From: an uncultured Pseudomonadota bacterium
GTDB lineage: Bacteria > SAR324 > NAC60-12
Direction: 5' to 3'
Length of the DNA: 39,604 nucleotides
NCBI GenBank assembly: GCA_913020725.1
Contig: CAJWCD010000011.1
Coordinates: 1 to 39,604 of the forward strand
A program made the translations under genes and the position numbers. The notes beneath the pieces are model-generated. The model had not been told where the DNA came from, searched no databases, and worked only from the letters and a program-made list of their open reading frames with translations. Each line of letters begins with the position of its first letter. Positions within the stretch are counted from its first letter, which is position 1. Of this stretch, positions 16,206 through 25,782 are shown in pieces.

Positions 16206-17612
16206 TTAGATCGGATTAGCACCGATGACAACGTTGCGGCCCGACTCCTTGCCCTGGTAGAGGCAGTCGTCCGCCTGCTTGAGAAGATGCTCGATGGACT
16301 CTGCATCTTCCGGAAAGGTGGCGACCCCGAAGGTGGCGGTGAGGTTGCCGAGCGGCTGCTGTTCCTGATAGGGGATGTCCTCGTCCGCAATCGCCTTCCT
16401 GAGTTTTTCGCCGATCCGGAGGGCGTTGGCCTTGTTGCACTTGGGCAGCATCATCACAAACTCCTCACCTCCGAAGCGGGCGGCGAGGTCGCCACGCCGC
16501 ACCCGGGTCTTGAACACCGAGGAGACCGTGGCCAGCACCACATCCCCCATCTGGTGCCCGTGGGTGTCGTTGTAGTGCTTGAAGTTGTCCACGTCGGCGA
16601 TGATCAGGGAGAACGGCTCCTGACGTTCCGGATAGAGAGTGACCAGTGCTTCGATGAACTCGTCGAGCTTGCGGCGGTTGGCAAGTCCGGTGAGGCGGTC
16701 GGTGTCAGCAGCATGTTCGACTTGCTCCAACTCGCGCTGGCGGTAGTAGGAGACCCGCAGTTGCGAGAGCAGGTGTCGGCAGTCGAATTCCGAAAACGGT
16801 TTCGACAGAAACGAGGTCACGCCCAGATTGGCGAGTTGTTCCCGGTTGCCCTCTTCCGTGCAATAGCGGCTGACGGCCAGAATCATTTCAGAGGCAAGCA
16901 CACAGCCTTCGATAGCAGGCACCACCTCGGTATCGGACTCCCCGTCTAGGGGGTCCACGAGAATGAGGTCAAAGCGCTGGGTGAGGTCGCCCTCCAGTAG
17001 CTTTTCCTTGGAAATTTCAGAAACTTGTCCCCGCGGCCAGACGTCTTGCACCAATGCCAGTAGTTGCTCCAGCGATTCCGGATTGGAATCCACCACCCCA
17101 ATCTTGGGCGGCTGAACCTCATCACTAGCCCGGTTGCCGTGCTGGAGGCGGGTTTGCGCGGTGGTGATGCGCAGCTTTTCGGCAAGGATGTGCGCGAAAA
17201 CCAGATAAATTGCCGAGACTTCTGCCGAGTGTTCCGGAGCCGTGAAGAGTTCGTTGGGGAACATCACGAGCCGGCTCTCGACTTCGGCAACCACACTCGC
17301 TGAGTGTGGTCCCGGACGCAGCACCGACATCTCACCGATCACGTCCCCTGTCTGGTCCAGCCGCATAAGAAAGGACTCCTGCGATGTGACCGCGAGTGAA
17401 CCTTCAAGCAACACTCCCAGACGCGCCGCCTGCTCATCACCTTCCTGAAAGATCACCTCTTCCGGATTGCACCTCACCAACTCTCCACGCCGGAGCATTT
17501 GCTCCAAAACCTGTTCGTCAAGCTGCCGAAAATAACGCCCGGCGGCAATCCGGCGGGTGATGCTTTCCAGTTCGTTATGGTCGATTTGAGTTGAAAGGGG
17601 TGTGCATTCCAT
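16206..17612 (-). CDS. Diguanylate cyclase with cNMP-binding and receiver domains
   Basis: cNMP fold (IFQEGD, LEGSL, VIGEMSVL); REC (FDLILVD, FLSKPF); GGDEF domain (DRLTGLANRR, DVDNFKHYND, RRGD I-site, GGEEF). Confidence 0.93.
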   Translation of the reverse strand: MECTPLSTQIDHNELESITRRIAAGRYFRQLDEQVLEQMLRRGELVRCNPEEVIFQEGDEQAARLGVLLEGSLAVTSQESFLMRLDQTGDVIGEMSVLRPGPHSASVVAEVESRLVMFPNELFTAPEHSAEVSAIYLVFAHILAEKLRITTAQTRLQHGNRASDEVQPPKIGVVDSNPESLEQLLALVQDVWPRGQVSEISKEKLLEGDLTQRFDLILVDPLDGESDTEVVPAIEGCVLASEMILAVSRYCTEEGNREQLANLGVTSFLSKPFSEFDCRHLLSQLRVSYYRQRELEQVEHAADTDRLTGLANRRKLDEFIEALVTLYPERQEPFSLIIADVDNFKHYNDTHGHQMGDVVLATVSSVFKTRVRRGDLAARFGGEEFVMMLPKCNKANALRIGEKLRKAIADEDIPYQEQQPLGNLTATFGVATFPEDAESIEHLLKQADDCLYQGKESGRNVVIGANPI

Positions 17613-17718
17613 GAGCTTGCTGTCGACTTGAGAGCGTGTTAGCGTAAGTGGACGCTAAGGAAAACATTGTTGTAATAACTATGCCACGCTCAGATCACAA
17701 CCGCAACCATCAGAAAAC

Positions 17719-18459
17719 ATGTGGCTCCCGATAACCGCGATGGTGGTTGCTCCCGGACTCGCGTGGATCTGGGCGCTGCTCCACTGGAATCGCAACCAGC
17801 GCCCGCAGTTCCGCCTCTTGCTACGTCTGTTCCTCGGCGGGAATCTCTGCGGCCTGCTGGCGTTGCTGCTCAACCACTTGGTGGAGAAATACACTCGCTT
17901 CTGGCCCGGAGCGCCGGCAGACTTTGGAATCCTTGGATGGGACTGGTCACTGTCACGCTCAGGATTCTGGCTGCTGATTGGGGCCAACGAGGAGTTTGCC
18001 AAGCTCGTCGTTCTGCTACTGCTCTCCTACGTCTTTGGACGACTCCGGAACCCCGCTGAGGGGATGGTGCAGGCCGGAGCGGTCGCCTTGGGATTTGCCA
18101 CCATCGAAAATGCTTTCTACCTAGACCAGTACGGTCCTGCCGTACTGATCACCCGGACCATCATCACCCTGCCTGCTCATGCGTTCATGTCGATGCCGAT
18201 GGGGTATCTACTGGGAAAATCCGCCCTGCGCTTGTACCGAGAAGACGGCGCAGTTCCGGATCATTATCGGGAAATGTGGTCAGTTTTGGGAGCGTGGCTG
18301 GTCGCCTTCCTGCTGCACGGAACCTACGATCTCTGGCTCTCGCTCAACCACGAAGTGCTGGCCTACGCTCAAATTGGTGGGATGGCCCTGCTGAGTCTGT
18401 GGCTGTTACGGCGCTCCCAGCATGAAGTTCCACCCCTCCTCACATCATCGCCAGCTTAA
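17719..18459 (+). CDS. PrsW-family intramembrane protease
   Basis: EEFAK, GFATIENAFY, AHAFM and LHGTYD motifs in a multi-TM protein. Confidence 0.88.
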   Translation: MWLPITAMVVAPGLAWIWALLHWNRNQRPQFRLLLRLFLGGNLCGLLALLLNHLVEKYTRFWPGAPADFGILGWDWSLSRSGFWLLIGANEEFAKLVVLLLLSYVFGRLRNPAEGMVQAGAVALGFATIENAFYLDQYGPAVLITRTIITLPAHAFMSMPMGYLLGKSALRLYREDGAVPDHYREMWSVLGAWLVAFLLHGTYDLWLSLNHEVLAYAQIGGMALLSLWLLRRSQHEVPPLLTSSPA

Positions 18460-19120
18460 TCGAGCCAATCATCTGGAACATTTGCGGGCGCACCGCCGCT
18501 TGGTTGTTGAGACGGTCAAAGCGCATCAGCAGGTGCTTGAGCGCTCGATCCATCAGCACCGGGTCCTTGGAGGCGAGCGTTTGTTCCATCATGCCGAGCA
18601 ACACCTTGGTTTGCTCCGGATCACGAGAGGCGTCCAGTTCTTCACCAATGTCATTGACGCTGGAGATCAGCAACTCCGAGTCCGCCAGCTTCACCGAGCG
18701 TTCGACCAACTTGCCCAGCGTCTCCATGCGCTCCTTGCCGGAACTGCGCTGGTAGCGACGATGCAGCAGCACATACTCTGAACGTAGCAGCATCTCCTGT
18801 GCTTCGGCATATTCTGGAAAGTCCGAGTTCACCTTTTCTAACTCACGAACAGCGAGTTCGTAGTCTTTCTGCTTATACGCCTGCTTACCCCGCTTGTAGG
18901 GAATCTTGCGGATGACCTTGAGGGCTTGCGGGTAGAGGTCGGAATCGGTCGGGATCTTACGGAATTTGCGGGCCGCAAGCGCGTAATCGTCTGCCTCGTA
19001 AGCATGGAGGCCCTGCTCAAAGGCAACCGCTTCATTGCTCTGAGAGTTGAAATTGAGCATTCCGCAGCCCCCCAGTAAGGAGATCACAAGCAGCGTCAAG
19101 AAAATGTGTTGAATTCGCAT
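18440..19120 (-). CDS. TPR-like helical lipoprotein
   Basis: Lipobox LGGC; two TPR-like units (FEQGLHAYEADDYALAARKF, YKRGKQAYKQKDYELAVREL); 20-nt convergent overlap with the PrsW gene. Confidence 0.75.
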   Translation of the reverse strand: MRIQHIFLTLLVISLLGGCGMLNFNSQSNEAVAFEQGLHAYEADDYALAARKFRKIPTDSDLYPQALKVIRKIPYKRGKQAYKQKDYELAVRELEKVNSDFPEYAEAQEMLLRSEYVLLHRRYQRSSGKERMETLGKLVERSVKLADSELLISSVNDIGEELDASRDPEQTKVLLGMMEQTLASKDPVLMDRALKHLLMRFDRLNNQAAVRPQMFQMIGSIKLAMM

Positions 19121-19146
19121 GGTGGAGGTTTGGAATTTAAAGTGTT

Positions 19147-19677
19147 TTATGTCCCTGAATTAGCCTGCTTCCTTGCAGCAACAACCCAGACGGTGATCCC
19201 GATGATGCCCCCGATCCCCGCCAACACGAGGAGCAACCACGGCCACGAGACCGCATCCTTGAGAACCACCACAAACACAATTGCGATGAGCAGCAACGAG
19301 GGCACCTCGTTGAACAAACGGAACCGGCGCGAGTTCCAAGTGCAGGTGCCTTCCGCGAGTTGCGCCCGGAGCCGCCCGCACCAGAGGTGATAGCCGATGA
19401 GCAGCGCCACCAGCCCCAGTTTTGCGTGCAGCCAGTCCGGAAAACCCCAAAAGTGCAAAAGGACGCTTCCGAAGATGACCGTGATGCAGAGTCCGGGCCA
19501 CGTGATGGCGTACCACAAGCGCCGCTCCATGAGTGCGAATTGCGCGCTTAGAATGCTGCACTCTGGCTCCGGTTTGGACTGCGCCTCTTGGTGATAAACA
19601 AAGAGGCGTCCGAGGTAGAACAGCCCCGCAAACCAGACCACAACGCCGATGATGTGTAAGGCTTTCAGGTAGAGCAA
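19147..19677 (-). CDS. hemJ: Protoporphyrinogen oxidase HemJ (UPF0093)
   Basis: LKALHIIGVVVWFAGLFYLGRLFVYH, MERRL, WLHAKL, FRLFNEVP; TTG start with GGAGG RBS. Confidence 0.9.
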   Translation of the reverse strand: MLYLKALHIIGVVVWFAGLFYLGRLFVYHQEAQSKPEPECSILSAQFALMERRLWYAITWPGLCITVIFGSVLLHFWGFPDWLHAKLGLVALLIGYHLWCGRLRAQLAEGTCTWNSRRFRLFNEVPSLLLIAIVFVVVLKDAVSWPWLLLVLAGIGGIIGITVWVVAARKQANSGT

Positions 19678-19707
19678 AACAGCCTCCTTTCTTCATTTGA
19701 CTCAATC

Positions 19708-19778
19708 CCGCTCGTCCTGAGCTTGTCGAAGAATGGCGTGGGCTGTACCTGCACTTCGATGGACATCAGACTAAACGG
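19708..19778. repeat. Degenerate second copy of the REP-like inverted repeat
   Basis: CCGCTCGTCCTGAGCTTGTCGAAG left arm; decayed right arm CTTCGATGGACATCAGACTAAACGG overlaps the stop codon at 19771-19773. Confidence 0.6.
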
Positions 19779-21162
19779 TCGTGCGGGCGAGCAGGCGGTT
19801 CACCAACTCGGAATTGAGTCGGACCGGCAAGGTTCGGTTCTGCGAAAAATGCACCAGCCCGGCTGGTCCGCCACGCACCCTGCGGACGTGTTTGCGCCGG
19901 GTGTAATCGACTTCGGCGCGTCCGGCCTTCCGGAGTTTACTGAAGTACGTCGCCAGTTGTGCCGCTTCTTCCAGTGTTCGTGTGGGTAGGTCTCCCCCAA
20001 AATTCCGGATCACCACATGCGCTCCGCCCACCCCCTGAGCGTGAAGCCACCAGTCGTTGCCCTTGGCCCAGCGGAAGGTCACAGTCTCGTTTTCGCGGGC
20101 GTTGCGCCCCACCCAGATTTCCAACCCGTCCGAGCTGATGCGGATCAGGGGTCCGGAGACTTTGGTCCTCTTGCTGGAGGTTTTGTTGACTTCACGAGGT
20201 CGCGTCGCCTGCATCCATCGCGGCAGGCGTGATTCCCATGCCGCCACTGCCACATCATCCCGGAGTCCGGCAAGCTGCTCCAGTGCCACACCCAAGCTCT
20301 CCAACTGGCTCTGAGTTTCCGTGATCCGTCGTTTAACATGAGGTCTGGAACGCTCCAGCTTTTCGGCCCGGCGGTACAACACTTTCAGGTTCTGCTGGGG
20401 GGATTCCTGTGGGTTGAGTGGAATGCACACCTCGGCGAGTTCGTTTTCAGAGTACTCCAACACAATGATTTCTGCTTGTCCCGGCTGGAGTTCGTGCAAC
20501 TTCGATTTGAGCAAATCTCCCCAACGACGGAAACGATGAGCATCGCTCAAGCTGGTTTGGTCAACCTCCAAGTGCTGGAGTCTACGGTGCAGTTGCTTGC
20601 ACAGTCGTTTGAGGTGCTGTTGCCACACCGCTTGTTGCCCATGAGTTTGAGCCGCTTCCGATTGTTCTCTAGCTTCTGGGCGTGATCGGTGCCAGTGGCT
20701 GGGCTGGGTGTAGGGTTTGCCTTTGGCAAGCGAGCGCCCAGACTGATTGGGATTCCGGAGCGCAATCAGCAGGTGTCGTTCCTCGTCAAGCAGGAGTAGG
20801 TTGCTGTCGGAGCCGTTGTCTTCATGAACGAGGTGGAAACGCTGCACCCGCTCATCCTTGAGCTGGTCAATCGTCACTTCCTGAACACGAGGATGCAGTT
20901 GTGCCCACTGAGCCACTCGTCCGTTCAAGATGCGAGTACGTAGCCACAGACAGAAGATGGGCGGATTGGGAGCGTTTTGATGCGGTTCGCTGCTGGGGTG
21001 GATGCCCGAGGCTTCCGGGGTCGTTGAGATCAACCAGCGCGAGCGACGGGAGGGCAAAGGGGCTTGCGGATGGAAGAGGTCAAGCCGAATGGCGTTGGTC
21101 CCGCGCTGTGAAACACGTTGGATGCGACCACCCACCCATGAGTCCAAGGGAGAGTCCGCCAT
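19771..21162 (-). CDS. NFACT family protein (RqcH/FbpA-like), shortened
   Basis: NFACT-N (FCLWLR..ILNGRV, SNLLLLD); coiled coil; NFACT-R (IWVGRNARENE, DWWLHA..VGGAHVVI, AAQLATYFSK, VDYTRRKHV). Confidence 0.88.
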   Translation of the reverse strand: MADSPLDSWVGGRIQRVSQRGTNAIRLDLFHPQAPLPSRRSRWLISTTPEASGIHPSSEPHQNAPNPPIFCLWLRTRILNGRVAQWAQLHPRVQEVTIDQLKDERVQRFHLVHEDNGSDSNLLLLDEERHLLIALRNPNQSGRSLAKGKPYTQPSHWHRSRPEAREQSEAAQTHGQQAVWQQHLKRLCKQLHRRLQHLEVDQTSLSDAHRFRRWGDLLKSKLHELQPGQAEIIVLEYSENELAEVCIPLNPQESPQQNLKVLYRRAEKLERSRPHVKRRITETQSQLESLGVALEQLAGLRDDVAVAAWESRLPRWMQATRPREVNKTSSKRTKVSGPLIRISSDGLEIWVGRNARENETVTFRWAKGNDWWLHAQGVGGAHVVIRNFGGDLPTRTLEEAAQLATYFSKLRKAGRAEVDYTRRKHVRRVRGGPAGLVHFSQNRTLPVRLNSELVNRLLARTTV

Positions 21163-21182
21163 TGTCCAAGCTTGCCTCCGGT

Positions 21183-22187
21183 TCAGACGTGGGAAAGGTC
21201 GCGGGAGCGGCGCACAGCGAGTTGGAAATAATCCATGCCCAACTCTCCCAAAGCATCGTCCTGAAGTGCCACCTTCATTTCGCAGGAGTTCACTCCTTGT
21301 TTGAGCGCTTGGAAAGTTTCGTAAAGCGGCAATAATCGGTTCAGTTCCCGATCTTTGGAGGTGTCAATGTAGCGTTGCAGGAAAACCGTTCTGAGGTCGT
21401 TCCGGTTGCGGCGCATCAACTCCACACTCAGGGCTGCTACGTCGTTTGCGACATCAAGCACGGCATACTTGCGATGCACTTCTTGCGGACTCGCAACGGT
21501 GATGGTCTCACCTTTGAGGTGGAGGTGTTCGGGCAAGAACGCCCCGTGCCCTCCAACGACTCGACCTTTGCGGAGTCGTCGCACGAGGATCGCTCCATTG
21601 GCGTCCAGAAACTTCTCCAGCGGATGCCGGATCATATCCAGAATCGGCTGTGTCAGCGACGCATCAAAGTAACGCTTGAGTTGGTAGAGAAAATCCTCAC
21701 ACAAGGCTCGGAAGGCTTCCGGACGCGCCGAATTGGCGACCTTGTCCTTGTCCTTGACCGCGAGACTCGCGTGAGTTTCAGCAAGCTGCGCCCCGATCCG
21801 CTCCAAATCCGCAACTCCGGCCTTTTCCTTGTCCAGCCGAACATTCAGGAATCCGGACTCTCTCAAAAAGGGTATCTCCAACGCATACTCGACGGGTGAA
21901 CCCTCGCCCTCCAACTGGAAACCCCCGGAGGTTTCGTGAACGGGCACCACCCGGGCCGGGAATGCGTGATTGAATTGCTGAAGCAGCCGGGCTTCTGCAC
22001 GGCAGAACACCTCCTTGATCGAGGGGCTGGGGTACTCGTTCCCGGGCTTCTTGACCTTGTAGAGGAGTTCGTCGGCTCGAAATAGATACGACGTGTGAGT
22101 TTCCGTCAAACCTACGGATTTCGGAGTTTGCGGATACGCTTCCGGATGCTTCAGTGCCTCCACCCAAGCGGGTAAGTTATGGTTCAT
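21183..22187 (-). CDS. Aminoglycoside phosphotransferase/kinase-fold protein with degenerate catalytic motifs
   Basis: ETHTSYLF, YKVKKP, C.AE.RL, LDVANDVAAL match the Rv2004c-type APH domain; HGAFL in place of HGDLH; no AAA kinase tail. Confidence 0.75.
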   Translation of the reverse strand: MNHNLPAWVEALKHPEAYPQTPKSVGLTETHTSYLFRADELLYKVKKPGNEYPSPSIKEVFCRAEARLLQQFNHAFPARVVPVHETSGGFQLEGEGSPVEYALEIPFLRESGFLNVRLDKEKAGVADLERIGAQLAETHASLAVKDKDKVANSARPEAFRALCEDFLYQLKRYFDASLTQPILDMIRHPLEKFLDANGAILVRRLRKGRVVGGHGAFLPEHLHLKGETITVASPQEVHRKYAVLDVANDVAALSVELMRRNRNDLRTVFLQRYIDTSKDRELNRLLPLYETFQALKQGVNSCEMKVALQDDALGELGMDYFQLAVRRSRDLSHV

Positions 22188-22206
22188 GTTTTGTTTTTGA
22201 GGAAGG

Positions 22207-23421
22207 CTAGATGTTGAGAAGGTGTCCGAGTTTAGACTTCTTCACTTGCAGGTACGACTCGTTCTTGGGGTTGGATTCCACTTGCAGCGAAACCCGCTCG
22301 ACCACTTCCAGACCGTGCCCTTGCACCCCGACGATCTTGCGTGGATTGTTGGTCAGCAGACGCATCCTCCGGATGCCGAGCAGGTAGAGCATCTGCGCCC
22401 CCATGCCATAGTCGCGGAGGTCATCTTTGAAACCGAGGCGGCTGTTGGCTTCAACCGTGTCGGCGCCTTCATCCTGAAGATGATAGGCCAGTAACTTGTT
22501 GATGAGGCCGATGCCTCGGCCTTCCTGCGGGAGGTAAAGGATCACCCCCTTGCCCTCCTGTTCGATCATCCGCATCGCCGCTTCCAACTGTGGCCCGCAG
22601 TCGCAGCGATAGGAGCCAAAGACATCCCCGGTGAGGCATTCGGAATGCACCCGGACCAGCACAGGCTCGTCCGGCTCCCAAGTGCCCTTGACGAGGGCGA
22701 CATAGTCGCTGTCGTCAAGGGTGCTTTGAAAGCCGATGACCCGGAATTCCCCATGCTCGGTTGGCAGCGCAGCCTCGGCTCTCTTCTCGACCAAGGTTTC
22801 GGTGCGCTTACGGTACTCGATGAAATCCGCAATCGTGACCAGTGGCAGCTTGTGGGTGTCCGCGAATTCCCGGAGTTCCGGGTAGCGCGCCATCGTACCG
22901 TCTTCGTTCATGATCTCGCAAACCACTCCTCCCGGACGCAGCCCCGCCAAGCGGGCAAGGTCCACCGCCGCTTCCGTATGCCCGGCACGTCGCAGTACAC
23001 CGCCGATTTGGGCGAGCAGAGGAAAGATATGCCCCGGACGCCGCAGGTCGCTGGGCCGTGCATCTGGGGCCATGGCGGCCTGAATGGTGCGGGCGCGGTC
23101 TTGTGCGGAAATTCCCGTCGTCACTCCCGTTGCCGCTTCAATCGTGACCGTGAAGTTCGTGCCGTGCCCAGAAGTGTTTTCCGAGACCATCAGCGGCAGG
23201 TGGAGTTGCTGAACGCGCTCTGCGTCAATCGGCAGGCAGATGAGTCCGCGAGCGTGCTTGGCCATGAAATTGATGATCTCCGGAGTGACCTTCTCCGCTG
23301 CACAAATCAGGTCGCCCTCGTTTTCGCGGTCCTCGTCGTCCACCATCACGATCAGCTCTCCCCGACGGATCGTATCAATGGCGTCTGCGATGGTGTCAAA
23401 TCTCGGTTCCAGTGCTTTCAT
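22207..23421 (-). CDS. ribBA: Bifunctional DHBP synthase/GTP cyclohydrolase II
   Basis: [51 protein letters not shown]. Confidence 0.98.
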   Translation of the reverse strand: MKALEPRFDTIADAIDTIRRGELIVMVDDEDRENEGDLICAAEKVTPEIINFMAKHARGLICLPIDAERVQQLHLPLMVSENTSGHGTNFTVTIEAATGVTTGISAQDRARTIQAAMAPDARPSDLRRPGHIFPLLAQIGGVLRRAGHTEAAVDLARLAGLRPGGVVCEIMNEDGTMARYPELREFADTHKLPLVTIADFIEYRKRTETLVEKRAEAALPTEHGEFRVIGFQSTLDDSDYVALVKGTWEPDEPVLVRVHSECLTGDVFGSYRCDCGPQLEAAMRMIEQEGKGVILYLPQEGRGIGLINKLLAYHLQDEGADTVEANSRLGFKDDLRDYGMGAQMLYLLGIRRMRLLTNNPRKIVGVQGHGLEVVERVSLQVESNPKNESYLQVKKSKLGHLLNI

Positions 23422-23529
23422 AGCCCCTTGCGTTTGTGTCCCCGCATGGCAATGAGATACACGGTCCCATACACCACGAATGCCATCCCAAAAAGAATCA
23501 GTCCCTCATGAATTTCTATCACCTTGCCT

Positions 23530-24255
23530 TTACGTCAAATAGTCTGCAACGATCATCAGATCCTCTCCAACGGACTGGTGCGTCCGGATGCTCCAGCGAG
23601 TCGTGTCCGCAAGTCCTTCGGCGCCCCACTCACCACACCACCCGAGTGCGGCCTGCCCGCCAATCACCTTGGGGGCGAGGAAGAGCACGAGTCGGTTCGG
23701 CAGGTTCGCCACCAAAGCACTGGCATGAAGCTGACTGCCTCCCTCAATCAGCACCTTCCGGTGGCCACGTTCCGCAAGCTGATCCAATACCCAAGACAGC
23801 TCCGGGCGTACCGTGGTTGCCTGTAGCACCGTCACATGCGGACGTTCGCAGAATCCATCATTCTGGGCATCGCGCCCTGTAGCCACAAACACCGAAACCC
23901 CATCTTCCGCCAGCAATCGGCTGTTTTCCGGCAGCCTTCCGTAGGAATCCAGCACCACCCGCACCGGATGGCGACCTTCCGGAATCCCCCGTGTGGTCAG
24001 TGCTGGGTTATCCGCCAGCACCGTGTTGATGCCAACGAGTATCGCGTCATGCGTGTTCCGCAGCCAGTGGCCCAACTTGCGGGCGTTGGGACTGGTGATC
24101 CATTGCGATTCTCCGGTCTTGGTGGCGATCTTGCCGTCCAGCGTGGCGGCTGCTTTGAGTGTCACCCAGCGTTCGGCAGCTTCCGGAGGGGTCAACCATT
24201 CCAGAATGGACGAGTCTACCTCTTCCATCATAGAACAATTTTCAGGACTTGTCAT
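23530..24255 (-). CDS. RibD C-terminal reductase domain only
   Basis: VTLKAAATLDGKIA, SQWIT, DAILVGINTVLADNPALT, LIEGG, FLAPKVIGG; no deaminase domain. Confidence 0.88.
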   Translation of the reverse strand: MTSPENCSMMEEVDSSILEWLTPPEAAERWVTLKAAATLDGKIATKTGESQWITSPNARKLGHWLRNTHDAILVGINTVLADNPALTTRGIPEGRHPVRVVLDSYGRLPENSRLLAEDGVSVFVATGRDAQNDGFCERPHVTVLQATTVRPELSWVLDQLAERGHRKVLIEGGSQLHASALVANLPNRLVLFLAPKVIGGQAALGWCGEWGAEGLADTTRWSIRTHQSVGEDLMIVADYLT

Positions 24256-24701
24256 GGGGAGGGCTGTCCGTTCTCAAATCCTCCCTCGTAGAGGACAAAC
24301 TGCGCGTCTTTCGAATAGAGGGTTCCGGTGCCGTGGTACTTTCCCCGCTGAAACTCGCCCGCATAAATTCGGAAACCATTGACATCAAACTGCACGCCTT
24401 TCCCCTCGGGCCGACCGGATTTGAATCCACCTTCGTAGGCGATCTGTCCACTGTCCCAGAAAAGCAGTCCCTTCCCCTCAGCCACCCCTTTCTTGAGTGG
24501 CCCCGTGTAGCGCAGGTTGCGATCCTGATAGTAGGTGTCGGGCGGCAACCCGCCGGGGTCCGGAAGCAGCCGCACGATCACAGGGCCAAGCCCCAAGGCG
24601 GGCACCGACACTGCCATCGCCAAAATCAACAGTCCAAATACACGGATCATGAGAGGTTTCCAAGGCTGAAGAAACTGGCTATTCTTTGGGACGGATCGCA
24701 T
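24252..24701 (-). CDS. Exported MORN-repeat protein (start probably at the second Met)
   Basis: Signal-like segment; repeats YTGPLKKGVAEGKG, YEGGFKSGRPEGKG, YAGEFQRGKYHGTG, YEGGFENG; ATGA overlap with the next gene. Confidence 0.85.
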   Translation of the reverse strand: MRSVPKNSQFLQPWKPLMIRVFGLLILAMAVSVPALGLGPVIVRLLPDPGGLPPDTYYQDRNLRYTGPLKKGVAEGKGLLFWDSGQIAYEGGFKSGRPEGKGVQFDVNGFRIYAGEFQRGKYHGTGTLYSKDAQFVLYEGGFENGQPSP

Positions 24702-25662
24702 CCGTGCGAGGATCGATCAGGAAACGCTGCGGCTTGCCAGTGGGGGTGGACTTAAGCAACAGTGTTCCTGCACCAACATCCTCGAATCCGGGCGCATCCA
24801 TCATCGCAGTGATCAGGATGAGTCCGTCGAACGGCTGCGCCCCTCTGGGCAAAGGCTTGAGAGTGAACGGCACCCGCACTGACCCGCGTTCGTTGAGGTT
24901 TACACGCTGGGGCAGCACCACTCCTGCGAAATTGCTTTCCAGTAAGACCGGTCCCGGACGCGCCAAAGAGCGACGGTTGCGGGGATTTCCCAATTCGATG
25001 GAGAGGAAGAGCCGGAGGGGTTTCTTGGCAAAGAGATCCACCTCGTACTGCTCGGTGCGCAAGAAGAGTTTGTAGGGCAACGGTGCTCGTTTTTCTGCAA
25101 GATCATCCATGCGCCGGAACTCCGGGAGCCACTGCCCCGGACTCAACTCGACAGTGGACGCGGCATTGGAAACCTCGATTTTCCCTTCGGTGAGGTGAAC
25201 GGTGGTGAGTTCTCCAGACTGCTTCACCAGCAGCACGGTTCCACGCACCGCCACCACGGCGGTCGGGGTGCGGATGCTCACCTGCTGAAACTGCCGCTTG
25301 AGCCTTCCGTGCAGGGTGCCTTTTTTCAGCCCCAGCCCCAGCTTGAAGGTCCGCGCCTTGGTTTTCTGCTCCCCACCGGATTCGATGGTGAACTCGGTTT
25401 CCGCAAACAAACGGACCCGCGAACCATCTCGGAAGACAATCGTGGCCTTGGCTCCGGTTCCGGTCTTGATGACATCTCCCAATCCGAGCAAACGTCCGTT
25501 GCGCCCGGAAACGCTTTTCTGCGTGGATTTTTGCCGGACCTCCACAAACCCCGAAACGGTGCGCATGGTGGCGATGGTGGTGGTGGCCACTGACGACTGG
25601 GCAGACAGTGGTGCCGCCAGCACCAACAACAAAGGAAGCAGCAGAAGAAAGCGGGTCAACAT
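24679..25662 (-). CDS. Secreted FecR-domain protein with an extra C-terminal domain
   Basis: Signal peptide LSA/Q; GDVIKTG..AKATIVFRDGSRVRLF, IRTPTAVVAVRGT, LTEGKIEV. Confidence 0.85.
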   Translation of the reverse strand: MLTRFLLLLPLLLVLAAPLSAQSSVATTTIATMRTVSGFVEVRQKSTQKSVSGRNGRLLGLGDVIKTGTGAKATIVFRDGSRVRLFAETEFTIESGGEQKTKARTFKLGLGLKKGTLHGRLKRQFQQVSIRTPTAVVAVRGTVLLVKQSGELTTVHLTEGKIEVSNAASTVELSPGQWLPEFRRMDDLAEKRAPLPYKLFLRTEQYEVDLFAKKPLRLFLSIELGNPRNRRSLARPGPVLLESNFAGVVLPQRVNLNERGSVRVPFTLKPLPRGAQPFDGLILITAMMDAPGFEDVGAGTLLLKSTPTGKPQRFLIDPRTDAIRPKE

Positions 25663-25712
25663 ACTCGTATCATGAAAGTGCAGTTTGCCCCGGAGACCGA
25701 GAGTTTTATGGG

Positions 25713-25741
25713 ATACTAACAGAAAATGGCGGGAGGGTCAG
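25713..25741 (-). promoter_or_regulatory. Possible sigma70 promoter
   Basis: CTGACC-17 bp-TAGTAT with extended TG, upstream of 25662. Confidence 0.3.
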
Positions 25742-25782
25742 CACGAATCGGAGGTGGCCCCGCTTCAACAGCGCAAGGTTCC

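Noticed and set aside
17719..18459. PrsW acting on the FecR proteins as an anti-sigma cascade
   Set aside because: Both FecR proteins appear to have cleavable signals and no cytoplasmic domain, no ECF sigma is present, and the genes are not adjacent.
23422..23529. FMN riboswitch before ribBA
   Set aside because: The gap is only 108 nt and I could not find the conserved RFN sequence blocks.
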